From: an uncultured Clostridium sp.
GTDB lineage: Bacteria; Bacillota; Clostridia; TANB77; CAG-508
Reading direction: 5' to 3'
NCBI GenBank assembly: GCA_945877035.1
Contig: CAMCQH010000003.1
Coordinates: 326 to 64,325 of the forward strand
Length of the DNA stretch: 64,000 bases
Below the pieces are notes generated by a model that was given only the letters and a program-made list of their open reading frames with translations, was not told the DNA's origin and ran no database searches. Positions 39,609 to 49,250 of this stretch are shown piece after piece. Both the position numbers and the translations under genes were made by a program. The first letter of the stretch is position 1. Each line of letters opens with the position of its first letter.

Positions 39609-39833
39609 ATGCATATTAGTTATAACAAATTATGGAAATTATTAATTGATAAAGGAATGAATAAGCAGGATTTAGGAAAAATTGCAAACATTAGTCCTGC
39701 GTCTATAGCAAAACTCGGAAAAGGTGCAAATGTGACCACAGATGTTCTTCTAAAAATATGTGAAGCATTAGAATGCAATCTTGAAGATATAATAGAAACA
39801 GTAAAAGAAAGTAATAATAAAGAGGAGGAATAA
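39609..39833 (+). CDS. Small XRE-type HTH protein (possible controller protein)
   Basis: 74 aa. MNKQDLGKIANISPASIAKLGKGANVTTDVLLKICEALECNLEDII. RBS AAGGAGG. Stop is 3 nt before the nuclease gene. Confidence 0.75.
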   Translation: MHISYNKLWKLLIDKGMNKQDLGKIANISPASIAKLGKGANVTTDVLLKICEALECNLEDIIETVKESNNKEEE

Positions 39834-39836
39834 AAA

Positions 39837-41234
39837 ATGGAAAATTTATGGCTTCTTACTGAAGAAAGACCAAAACCTTCAGTAGTTAAACAAATTATGG
39901 AAATGTATTGTAAAGATTTTAACGACACCTTAACAATAAACGAAGATATAAAAATCCGACCACTTATTGAAAACGGATATTTTAAATTTGTATATATTGT
40001 AGAAAATATGAGTGTCCAAAAAGCTAAAAACATTTATATAAAAACAGTAAGTGGTAGTTCTAGTTTCTTAGACTTCCTACTTTTTAAGCAAATAGAAGAA
40101 CCTAGTGAAGGTAGTTCTTCAGATAATTTAATCATGGCTATAGAAGAAACAAAAACAAGCGATGATGAATCAAGAAATACAGGTGTCTATCAAAGGGGAT
40201 CTAAATTTGTTTATATTACTCCTTATTACAAGGACGTTAAACTTTATATGTTATACAATGAAGAACTAGCAGCACGTGAAGAAAAAAAACCATCTGATAC
40301 AAGTATTTTTGGAACAAATATTTTATTAACTTTGGGTGTTACTGTTGTTGGAAAAGATACATCTAAATGGTTTAAGCCCTTTAAAAATATCGATGATTTA
40401 ATCAATTTCAAATCAAAAATGAGAAAGCCACCCGCTGGAAATGTTCCTATTACTATAACAAAATATGATGAACGAATTGAAATATCAGGTAGACTTGCAA
40501 AACCTGCCGATGCTGGCAATATAGGGCATGATCCAAACATTGGTGCTCTATCTATGATTTCCGCCTGTATAAGAAAACTAGGCTGGGATAAAGATATTAT
40601 TATTACACTACATGGTGTGTCTCAAAAATATGTAGATAGAACAAAAGGAAAAAATAAATTTCTATACATATGTAATATTTTAAATATGAAATTAGACCAA
40701 ATTCAAATGCCACCACAAGTAGCAATGCCAGAATTATACTGGCATTATGAGCGACACTCTGAAAAAATGGCTGATATTCTTCTTCATATGCAAACAATGT
40801 ATACAGGTATGAAAGGAATCTATGAAAATCATGCTGGTTGTGAAAGAGGATATTTCTTTTCAAAAACTGGTGCACAAATAACTTTGCCTAAAAAAGATAA
40901 AAATGGTATTAATCTTTACCTTCCAGATGTTGTTTTATACGATGAAAAAACGAATTATATAATCCTTGTAGAAGGAAAAATGCTATCAACTATAAACCAA
41001 GGAATTAAAGAAATTGAAAACTATGACAGTATTGAAAAAGAATATATCTATCCTAGTTATGGAGATGTAACAATAATGAGATGTTTAAGTATTTTTGGCG
41101 GCGATTGTAGAAAACTGCCTCACTCTAAAGTTCTTTTTTATCTTGCTAGTGATGGTCGTATAATAATAAATAATAATGCCCCAGAATGTATAAAATTTGC
41201 ATTTAATGGTTTAGGTGTAGTGTTTGATTCATAA
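39837..41234 (+). CDS. PD-(D/E)xK nuclease, candidate restriction endonuclease
   Basis: LYLPDVVLYDEKTNYIILVEGKML gives PD...ExK with typical spacing. RBS GAGGAGG. Converges on the methyltransferase operon. Confidence 0.6.
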   Translation: MENLWLLTEERPKPSVVKQIMEMYCKDFNDTLTINEDIKIRPLIENGYFKFVYIVENMSVQKAKNIYIKTVSGSSSFLDFLLFKQIEEPSEGSSSDNLIMAIEETKTSDDESRNTGVYQRGSKFVYITPYYKDVKLYMLYNEELAAREEKKPSDTSIFGTNILLTLGVTVVGKDTSKWFKPFKNIDDLINFKSKMRKPPAGNVPITITKYDERIEISGRLAKPADAGNIGHDPNIGALSMISACIRKLGWDKDIIITLHGVSQKYVDRTKGKNKFLYICNILNMKLDQIQMPPQVAMPELYWHYERHSEKMADILLHMQTMYTGMKGIYENHAGCERGYFFSKTGAQITLPKKDKNGINLYLPDVVLYDEKTNYIILVEGKMLSTINQGIKEIENYDSIEKEYIYPSYGDVTIMRCLSIFGGDCRKLPHSKVLFYLASDGRIIINNNAPECIKFAFNGLGVVFDS

Positions 41235-41239
41235 TAAAT

Positions 41240-41276
41240 AAAAGAGAAGCAGAATTTATATTTCTACTTCTCTTTT
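41240..41276. terminator. Bidirectional hairpin between convergent operons
   Basis: AAAAGAGAAG (41240-41249) is complementary to CTTCTCTTTT (41267-41276). Flanked by A/T runs. Confidence 0.6.
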
Positions 41277-42400
41277 CTAAATACTAATATATACTGGTGA
41301 ATTTGGTTTGAAACATAAGAGAACGGATATCCATAAGGAAAAAGTTTTGCTGTTTGGTCTGCCCATATTTTAAGCCCCTTATAATTTAATTCTTGAATAT
41401 CATTTAATGTTTCAACTATTTTTGCATGTAATAAATTAGTTTCTTTTTTATTTGGTTGTAAATCTTTTATAAAGATAACAACATATCCCTTCTTTTTTAC
41501 ATAAGGTAATATAAGCTGAATTGATTCTTTCAATTTATCATAAAAATTATATATATCTAGATTTCCAAAATCCTTATCACTACTTGTAAATGGCGTAGCA
41601 ACATTTCCATACACTTTTATATCCGCCCCTGTTTTTTTTCTACTCATCATATTTCCATATGGTGGGTCTATTAAAACAAGACTTATTTTTTCATTTCCAA
41701 GAAGCGATTGCATTTTATTGTCATCTGCTAGTATTTCCATACAGTCGCCTTCTACACAATCAAACACAGGAACACCCATTTCAGTAGCCGCTTCTTTATA
41801 TGCATCAATATATTTTCTTTCTAAGTCAATCCCTACTGCCCTTCTACTACACATCCCCGCTCCTAATAACGTTCCTCCAACTCCCATAAAATAATCAAAT
41901 ATAATCTCATTTTCTTTAGAAAAAAATTCAATTATTTCTTTCATTAATTTTGGTGGTTTAGGAGTTGGATGTATTTTTCTAATATGATGAGCACATGAGT
42001 CTTTACCATTAGTAGTGTAGTTAGTATTTATAACAGAATTTATAAAATGATTCCATTCTTTTCCAGATAAATCATTTAATGTATTATTAAGCTGATATCT
42101 TCTACCATCTTTAAGTATTACCATTTGTTTAGAATTTCCATATATTCTTGCATCTTCAATATTCTGCTTTACCCAAGAAGGTAACTTTGTAAAATCATAA
42201 TCAGGATACACATCAAAAAAAGGAATTCCTTCTTTGTATTGTTCATCTTCTTTTGGTTTTGAATTTTTTATTTTGTTGCGTATATATTTATTTACAATTT
42301 TTTTAATTTCTTTTATATCTTCTTCTGGGTTTTCAATACCAGCATCACTTAATTTTTTTATTATAACATCATTATTTATAACAGATTTTCTGTTTAGCAT
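41264..42400 (-). CDS. N6A/N4C DNA methyltransferase with N-terminal extension
   Basis: Motif I DYFMGVGGTLLGAG and motif IV LVLIDPPYGNM. Confidence 0.8.
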   Translation of the reverse strand: MLNRKSVINNDVIIKKLSDAGIENPEEDIKEIKKIVNKYIRNKIKNSKPKEDEQYKEGIPFFDVYPDYDFTKLPSWVKQNIEDARIYGNSKQMVILKDGRRYQLNNTLNDLSGKEWNHFINSVINTNYTTNGKDSCAHHIRKIHPTPKPPKLMKEIIEFFSKENEIIFDYFMGVGGTLLGAGMCSRRAVGIDLERKYIDAYKEAATEMGVPVFDCVEGDCMEILADDNKMQSLLGNEKISLVLIDPPYGNMMSRKKTGADIKVYGNVATPFTSSDKDFGNLDIYNFYDKLKESIQLILPYVKKKGYVVIFIKDLQPNKKETNLLHAKIVETLNDIQELNYKGLKIWADQTAKLFPYGYPFSYVSNQIHQYILVFRKEK

Positions 42401-43272
42401 TTATCATTTTCCTCACTTTCAAAGTTAGTTATAACAACTTCTACTGTTTTGGCATTTTTTTCTTTGAAATGATAACTACAATTTGCATATGATTTATCAA
42501 TATAGTGAACCTTATATTTTTTACTCCATTCAATTAATAAATCATTTGATAAGCCTTTATGGTACAGAACATTTGATAAAGCAAATTTTATTCCTCTAGA
42601 ATTCAACTCATCTAATAATCCAAGTAATTGTTTTTCTTCTACTTCAGTCCAATCTTTAAATCCTCTTTTTCCATCATTATAAGAACCAGTTGATATTAAG
42701 TATGGTGGATCACAATACACTAAATCTTTATCGCTTAAATCACTTAAATTAACACTTAAAAAGTCAGTATTATGAAATTCTACATTTTTTTCTTTTAAAG
42801 CCTTACAAAACTCTTTTAGATTTTTTTCTATTGAATCATTGTAGCTACTTCTTTCTTTTCCAAAAGGCGTATTAAATTTTTGACTATTGTTAAACCTTAT
42901 CTGATGATTAAATGCATAAAAAGTAAGAACTAAAAAATCCAATATATCTTTATTCTCATTATACCTCTCTCTTAATTTATTATATCCATCAGCATTTGAC
43001 TTTGATAGTTGAAACTCATTTATTATTTTATAAATATTATTAATTACCTCTTCTGTATTAGATTTTTCTAAAAATTCATATAATTCAATTAAATAATTAA
43101 TTTGGTCATTACATATTATTTTATTTGCATTTACATTAATTCCAACATTGAAACCTCCGGCAAACAAATCAACAAATGTGTTAATATTGTTAGGAAAAAT
43201 ATCAAAAAGTGAATTCAACAATTTGTATTTTCCACCTGTATAATTTAATGGACTTTTTATATACTTCATCAC
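42394..43272 (-). CDS. D12-class (Dam-like) DNA adenine methyltransferase
   Basis: PLNYTGGKYKLL, FVDLFAGGFNVG, VYCDPPYLIS, and C-terminal EVVITNF. Confidence 0.85.
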   Translation of the reverse strand: MMKYIKSPLNYTGGKYKLLNSLFDIFPNNINTFVDLFAGGFNVGINVNANKIICNDQINYLIELYEFLEKSNTEEVINNIYKIINEFQLSKSNADGYNKLRERYNENKDILDFLVLTFYAFNHQIRFNNSQKFNTPFGKERSSYNDSIEKNLKEFCKALKEKNVEFHNTDFLSVNLSDLSDKDLVYCDPPYLISTGSYNDGKRGFKDWTEVEEKQLLGLLDELNSRGIKFALSNVLYHKGLSNDLLIEWSKKYKVHYIDKSYANCSYHFKEKNAKTVEVVITNFESEENDKC

Positions 43273-43281
43273 GCATCTCCT

Positions 43282-44325
43282 TTATTTTTCAATATAAACA
43301 AGCATTTCTTTTAGTTCTTCTTTATCTCCTTGAGCTCTACTTTTATATCTTCTATATGGTATCCAATATATTTTAAATGTTTCAGCTTTACCATACTTTT
43401 TCATAATACTTTCTATGTCTTCAACCTTCATTAATCCATCGGTACTATAGCTTAATATAATATGCTTAAAATTTGCATTTTTTATTAATTCTTCAAATGC
43501 TTGAGTTACTTTAGTTTTTAAACAAAAATCTGATTTGTTATTTTCATATGGTCTTTGTGCAGTAACTCCCCTAACTTCAGGATAATCATATTTTGCTGCT
43601 GTCTCAAGGACATGATAGTTAGGAAGATATTGTCTTCCATTGTAAGGTGGATCTATATATAAAATATCCCCTTTTATTTTCTTTATTAATTCAACGCCAT
43701 CTTGATTATAGCATTTATTTTTCTTTCCATTTTGGTATACATCTAATCTATATAATTCGTACTTTTTATAAGACCTTCTCTCCCATTCTTTATGAAAAGC
43801 TCCATACGTTCCTGATGTATTTGATACAAAAGGAATTCCCTCAACTATACAAGCCACAAGATAAAAGTATTCATCGTCATCTATTAAGCCTTCATTATGC
43901 CAATCTTCAACGGTAATTCTTGCATAATCAATACGAAGTGCATTTTCATCATTTACGTACATTCTCCCACCTGTTGGTGCATAGTTATTTTGAAAAAATC
44001 TTTTTTCTTGAGGCAAGTTCTCCATATCTGAATTTGAAAGACTATTAAAATAATCTATTGGATCTTTTATATTCTTTATTTTATTCAATTTTTTAAATGC
44101 TGGTAACTTATCGTTTTGAATAGTACCTCTTTGTAGCACGTATGAAAAATATAATAAATCATTAGAGTATACTTGATACCATCTTTTAAAGTATCTGGCA
44201 ACTGTAGATGTCCCAGAAAATATATCACAGAATGATTCTGCACCTTTTACATTTTCATCTATTACTTGCTTAATATTATCAAGTAATAATGTTTTACAAC
44301 CTATAAATCTCATTATTTCACCCAC
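43282..44325 (-). CDS. D12-class (Dam-like) DNA adenine methyltransferase, second copy type
   Basis: FIGCKTLLL, FCDIFSGTSTVA, ILYIDPPYNGRQY. Confidence 0.8.
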   Translation of the reverse strand: MGEIMRFIGCKTLLLDNIKQVIDENVKGAESFCDIFSGTSTVARYFKRWYQVYSNDLLYFSYVLQRGTIQNDKLPAFKKLNKIKNIKDPIDYFNSLSNSDMENLPQEKRFFQNNYAPTGGRMYVNDENALRIDYARITVEDWHNEGLIDDDEYFYLVACIVEGIPFVSNTSGTYGAFHKEWERRSYKKYELYRLDVYQNGKKNKCYNQDGVELIKKIKGDILYIDPPYNGRQYLPNYHVLETAAKYDYPEVRGVTAQRPYENNKSDFCLKTKVTQAFEELIKNANFKHIILSYSTDGLMKVEDIESIMKKYGKAETFKIYWIPYRRYKSRAQGDKEELKEMLVYIEK

Positions 44326-44520
44326 CTATTCTAAAGCACTTTTACCACTTTTTACCCATTCATCAAGTTCTGTCTTTTTAAACTTCCACTGTTTTCCAAT
44401 TTTATGCGCAGGTAAATCATGTTTTAATTTTATCCAAGTTCTTAAAGTAACTACTTTTATGCCTAGATAAACTGCAGCTTCTTCAATACTTATGTAATTA
44501 TCTTCTAATATATTTTTCAT
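44326..44520 (-). CDS. Excisionase-family (HTH_17/MerR-like) DNA-binding protein
   Basis: ISIEEAAVYLGIKVVTLRTWIK...HKIGKQWKFKKTELDEWV. First gene of the methyltransferase operon, about 340 nt from the element end. Confidence 0.7.
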   Translation of the reverse strand: MKNILEDNYISIEEAAVYLGIKVVTLRTWIKLKHDLPAHKIGKQWKFKKTELDEWVKSGKSALE

Positions 44521-44559
44521 AACAACCTCACTTTTATATTTTCAAATACTCTATAACAC

Positions 44560-44588
44560 ATTATAACTTTTATATGTATAAAAAGCAA
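44560..44588 (-). promoter_or_regulatory. Sigma-A-type promoter of the HTH/methyltransferase operon
   Basis: Minus strand TTGCTT-17 nt-TATAAT, about 40 nt upstream of ATG 44520. Confidence 0.6.
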
Positions 44589-44592
44589 CTAA

Positions 44593-44633
44593 TTTGCTTA
44601 TATTTGCTTATATTTATTTATATTTGTTTATAT
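44593..44633. repeat. Four tandem 10-bp repeats (TTGCTTATAT-like)
   Basis: TTGCTTATAT TTGCTTATAT TTATTTATAT TTGTTTATAT G, immediately upstream of the -35 element. Confidence 0.8.
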
Positions 44634-44742
44634 GATAGCATACAATAATTTTTTCATTGAACTCCCCAATTAACTGCAACACATAAAAATTTCACTATTA
44701 AATAATAATACCTCACTTCTTGCTTTCTTTAAATCCAGGCAT

Positions 44743-44787
44743 AAAAAAAAGAGCCTTCTCTAAATCACTTTAAATTTAGAAAAGGCT
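44743..44787 (-). terminator. Intrinsic terminator at the element edge
   Basis: Minus strand AGCCTTTTCTAAAT-loop-ATTTAGAGAAGGCT (one mismatch), followed by T8 (plus A8, 44743-44750). Confidence 0.6.
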
Positions 44788-46573
44788 ATATTTCCTTTGA
44801 AATCAAAGGTTTTCTTTCAAATATCCCGATTATTCTTTGTATCATATTTGGAGTTGTTTGGTCAATAAAATGGATTTTTAGATTTTGTTGTTTTAGATTT
44901 ATGGCAAAAATAAAAAAAATGATAATTGCTAATATGTATTTTATTTTTGGTTTGCTTTGTCTTAATTTTATTTTCATTAAGGCCACTAAATTTTTTACTC
45001 TTATTTGCGTTTTATTTGGCTTTTTAGAAGAATAAATGTTGTAACTGAAAAATAATACTATTAGAAACAAATAATAGATTAAAATTGAAAATAAGCTTGG
45101 TGTTGCTAAATAAATTTTTGAAAATGGAAGTTTTCCAATATTTGATATGAAATTTAAAATTTTGATTCCTGCTGACATTACAGGTGAAATAATTTCTGCT
45201 ATTGGAACAATTAAGCTAGCTATTATTATGAATAAAAATCCTAAAATAACAATTGGTCCTATTGCAAAACTTAAAACTAAATTTGATATTAAAAAATAAG
45301 GATTAAAAGTATTTAAATTGTATAAAATTATTGGCAATATAGCTATTTGTACTGAAATTGAAACTGAAATGATTTCTTTTATCTTATCTAAATATTTTTG
45401 AATTTTAGGTTTTATTTTATATTTATATACTTTGTTTCTCACTTTAATATTTTTCAAAAATTTCAAAATGCTTTTATTAAAAATAACTATCCCGACTACT
45501 CCTCCATATGATAGTTGAAGGCCTAAATTTTGAATTAAAAATGGATTATAAATTAGAATTAAAAGCAATGATATAGAAATAGATGTGTATATATCATTTT
45601 TTCTATGAAGTAATTTTGAAAAAAGTAGTATAATTCCCATTATTCCTGCTCTTGTGATTGATGGTGAAAAGTTTGTTATAAACATATAAAGTATTAAAAT
45701 TATTATGTTCAAAATATTTGTATTTCTTTTTCCAATTAAGCCTTTAAAAATAAGATTTATTCCTAAAATCACATATGCTACATGCATTCCAGATACTGCT
45801 AAAATATGCGACATACTTGCATTTCTGAAATTTTCTTGTGTTTCTTCATCTATATCCTGTTTATTTCCTAGTATTAATCCTAATAAAATTGATGATGTTT
45901 CTTCTTTTAAAATCTTTTTTGTATTCGCAATTATTTTATTAGATATTTGATTTGAAATTTGAAAAAATTTATTTGCTTGTTTTTGACTTAAAACTTGTAC
46001 TTTTTCGCATCTTATTGTTCCATATATCTTTAGTTGTTTTAGATATTCTGAATAATCAAATCCTTTGTAATTTCTTTGTGTTTCTGGTTGGGTATAGCTT
46101 CCTGAAAATGTGATTTTGTCTCCATATTCTAGTTCTATATCTTTTTTCGTAGTTATATAAAATCGTAATTTCTGGTTGTTATAATTTACTTTTATCTTGT
46201 ATTTATTATAGTATTGCTTTTCTTGTTTTTCACTTATAATTGTTCCTGTTAAATTTAGATTCTCTTGAATTGATAAGTTGTTATAAATTTTTTCATAATT
46301 TTTGTTTTGGAAAATTACAATTGTATTTGAAATTATTGAACTAATCATTAATAGAATTATTACTTTTGAATTTAAATATATTTTGATATATCTTAAATAT
46401 CTTTTTATTGATAATAATTGAAATTTTTTTGTTTGTTTTTTATTACAAAATTTATAAATAAAATATGTTGCAATTACTGGAATATAAAATGAGACTATAC
46501 TAATTTTAAAGTATAGTCCCACTATTATACCTATTATATATCCTATAACTGCAATTAGAATTGGTCTTTTCAA
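44786..46573 (-). pseudogene. comEC: comEC 5' portion (DUF4131 + competence membrane domain), interrupted before the metallo-beta-lactamase domain
   Basis: 595 aa polytopic membrane protein. It ends ...LKIHFID, where ComEC proteins normally continue VGQGD. Instead it reads QTTPNMIQRIIGIFERKPLISKEI-stop, encoded by element DNA. Confidence 0.75.
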
Positions 46574-46718
46574 GTTTTTCTCTCCTTTACATATGCAAAT
46601 TGGAAAAGAATTGTTATTTGGCTAGGCAAACGAAATTTTAATTTATGAGGCGTACTGGTGTACGTTGATTAAATTAAAATTGAAGTTTAACGACGCCAAA
46701 TGGCAATTATTTTTCAAT

Positions 46719-48200
46719 TTAAAGAATTTTTCTTGCACCTACATAATTAGTTTTATAATATCCACTAGCAAGTGTGTCTGTTGTTACTCCTCTACTTGCA
46801 TTTGCAGCATGTATGAATGTATTTCCCCCTATATATATTCCTACATGGTTTATGCCTGATTTTCCAAACATTACTAAATCTCCTGCTTGTAAGTTTGTTA
46901 CTGATCTACCATTACTGTATTGTGCCGCAGCTGTTCTATTTAAATTTATTCCAAAATGTTTATATACGAATTGTGTAAATCCAGAACAGTCAAATCCACT
47001 AGTTGTTGTTCCTCCATATACATATTTACATCCTAAAAATTGTTGTGCATATGTTACTACTGCACTTCCTGTTGTTGATGTTGTACTTCCTGATGTTGTA
47101 TTTTCTTTTTTTTGTGTATTTGATGATGTTGTATTTGCTGTAGTTGTTGTTTGTTCATTTGTTGCAGTTGTCTCAACTGTTGTAGCTTGTGTTTGTGAAT
47201 TTGTTGTACTTCTTTCTGTCATTGTACCTCTGGATGTTTCTTTTTTAGTATTTGATAATAGATTTTCTGCTATATATCCTTTTGTTCCATTTATATCTAC
47301 ATATGACCATCCATTTTCAGTTGATATTACTGTTACTTGTGTGTTTATTGATAATTGTTTTATTACTTGTGATGTTTTATCTGCTTTTTGTCTTACATTT
47401 ATAGTTTGTGAATTTACATACATTGTTTTTGTTGTATTTTCTGGCTGATTATTAGATGTTTCATTATCGTTAGATGTATTATTGGATGTATTATTATTTT
47501 CTGTTTCATTTCTTGTTGATGTGTTATTGTTTGTTGTCTCATTATCTGTATTTTCAAGTGTTCCAAATAATACAACTATTTCTCCTGTTGAAGCTGTTCT
47601 TCTTCTGATAACCCATCCTTCTTTTCCATCAGCTGTTTTTATTTTAGCCCAGTCATTTAAAACTTCTGTAACTTCTACTTCACTATCTTTGTTTACTTCA
47701 CCTAGCTCTATTGCATTTATTAGTGGTATTATTTTTAATTTTGCATTTTCTAAAATTTTGTATTTTCCTTTTTCTAATGCTGTCTCTTCAGGTGTTGTTT
47801 CATTTGTTTCAGTATTAGTATTTTCTGTTGTTGTAGTTTCTTGAGCATTTACATTTTCTGTTTGTGTATTTTCAGTTTCTGTATTCTCTGTTTCTACATT
47901 ATTTGCTACATTTTCTTCTTTATTTTTTGCTTCTATTAAGTCATTTCTTATATAGCCTGTTATATTTTTATATTTTACTTTATACCAACCATCAACTTCT
48001 TCTAATATTTCAACTTCTTCGCCTAATGATACAAGTTCTAAAACTTCTGCATCTGTTTGTGGTTGTTCTCTAAGTCTTGCTGTTTCTGTCGTGATTTTTC
48101 CAGTATTTGTGGCAAAACATATATTTATAAAAAACATACTTGCTAAAAACATTGCTGCCATTACCATTATTATGTTTTTTATGCTCATTCTTGCTTTCAT
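46719..48200 (-). CDS. Secreted cell-wall hydrolase: three SH3b-like domains + NlpC/P60
   Basis: Signal peptide MKARMSIKNIIMVMAAMFLASMFFINICFA. SH3-like GWYKVKYKNITGYI, WAKIKTADGKEGWV, GWSYVDINGTKGYI. Thr/Asn/Glu-rich linkers. NlpC/P60 core YVYGGTTTSGFDCSGF...INHVGIYIG. Confidence 0.85.
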   Translation of the reverse strand: MKARMSIKNIIMVMAAMFLASMFFINICFATNTGKITTETARLREQPQTDAEVLELVSLGEEVEILEEVDGWYKVKYKNITGYIRNDLIEAKNKEENVANNVETENTETENTQTENVNAQETTTTENTNTETNETTPEETALEKGKYKILENAKLKIIPLINAIELGEVNKDSEVEVTEVLNDWAKIKTADGKEGWVIRRRTASTGEIVVLFGTLENTDNETTNNNTSTRNETENNNTSNNTSNDNETSNNQPENTTKTMYVNSQTINVRQKADKTSQVIKQLSINTQVTVISTENGWSYVDINGTKGYIAENLLSNTKKETSRGTMTERSTTNSQTQATTVETTATNEQTTTTANTTSSNTQKKENTTSGSTTSTTGSAVVTYAQQFLGCKYVYGGTTTSGFDCSGFTQFVYKHFGINLNRTAAAQYSNGRSVTNLQAGDLVMFGKSGINHVGIYIGGNTFIHAANASRGVTTDTLASGYYKTNYVGARKIL

Positions 48201-48262
48201 TTTTTTACTCCTCATATTATTATATTCAATTCGTGTAATCACGTTTCACAGTATATAATTAA

Positions 48263-49186
48263 TTAAATATTTTTATCAATTTGTGGTAATAATTGTTTCT
48301 TTCTTGAAACAACACCTTCTAGAAATACTCTATTGTTTTCTATTTTTTTGCCAAATGCTTTTTCTACTACATCTGCTTTAGAACCTAATGCAATTATTTC
48401 AGAATTACTGTTTAATATATCTGTTATTGCTAACACAAATAAACTTAATCCTTTTTCTTCTATTTCTTTGTTTATGGCATCTTCTAATTTTTCTTGTCTT
48501 TTTAATACATCTTCTATACTTACTGTATTTACTTGTGCTATAACAAATTTTGTTCCTTCTTTATCTAGGCTTTTGGCATCTATATTGATTAATTCTTCTT
48601 CTGAAAAATCATCTAAGTCTGTTCCTGCTTTTAGCATTTCTAGTCCATATTCATTTACATCAATATTTGCTTTTTTTGCTAGTTCTTCTAAGGCTTTTTT
48701 GTCATGTTCAGTTGTTGTTGGTGATTTTAATAATAATGTATCTGATATTATTGCGCTTGCCATTAATATTGCTTCTGTTTTTTCTATTTCATGTCTTAAT
48801 CTTTTGAATTCTTCAAAAAGAATTGTTGATGTGCATCCATATGGTTTTGCATTATAGTATAGTGGTTCTGTTGTTTCGAAATTTGCTATTCTATGGTGGT
48901 CTGTAACGCCTAATATTTTAGCTTTTTCTATTCCTTCTACACTTTGATTGAATTCGTTGTGGTCTACTAATATTACTTTTTGTCCTTCTTCTACTTTTTC
49001 TATTAATTCAGGTGCTTCTATTCCTAAATAATTTAATACATATTGTGTTTCTTTATTTACATTTCCTAATCTTACAGCTTTTGTTTCCCATCCATTTTTT
49101 TTGTCTAATATTGCATGTACTATGCTTGAGCATATTGAATCTGTATCTGGATTTTTGTGTCCAAATATTAAAACTTTATCTTCCAT
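48263..49186 (-). CDS. ppaC: Family II (Mn-dependent) inorganic pyrophosphatase
   Basis: 307 aa DHH/DHHA2 protein: LIFGHKNPDTDSICSS, VDHNE, GVTDHHR. Confidence 0.85.
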   Translation of the reverse strand: MEDKVLIFGHKNPDTDSICSSIVHAILDKKNGWETKAVRLGNVNKETQYVLNYLGIEAPELIEKVEEGQKVILVDHNEFNQSVEGIEKAKILGVTDHHRIANFETTEPLYYNAKPYGCTSTILFEEFKRLRHEIEKTEAILMASAIISDTLLLKSPTTTEHDKKALEELAKKANIDVNEYGLEMLKAGTDLDDFSEEELINIDAKSLDKEGTKFVIAQVNTVSIEDVLKRQEKLEDAINKEIEEKGLSLFVLAITDILNSNSEIIALGSKADVVEKAFGKKIENNRVFLEGVVSRKKQLLPQIDKNI

Positions 49187-49250
49187 TTTTTAATTACTTC
49201 CTTTCGCTTCGATTATTTATATTTTTATCTTGTAGATTATATTGTTATTT

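Larger units (their letters stand above)
1..44860 (-). mobile_element. Integrated temperate siphovirus-type prophage plus accessory island, inserted in comEC; left end beyond window
   Basis: Continuous minus-strand phage modules (recombinases, lysis, tail, head, terminase, replication). The right boundary is inferred from where the comEC frame diverges, about 44,858-44,864. Confidence 0.85.

Noticed and set aside
39620-40033. 137-aa minus-strand ORF overlapping the HTH and nuclease genes
   Set aside because: It is antisense to two plus-strand genes that have strong RBSs. The sequence is hydrophobic and low-complexity with no start context.
46774-47844. Plus-strand ORFs of 224 and 120 aa inside the NlpC/P60 gene
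   Set aside because: They are antisense shadows of the Thr/Asn/Glu-rich linker region, with Val/Phe-rich nonsense composition and no RBS. The minus-strand frame gives a coherent signal peptide, SH3b and NlpC/P60 protein.
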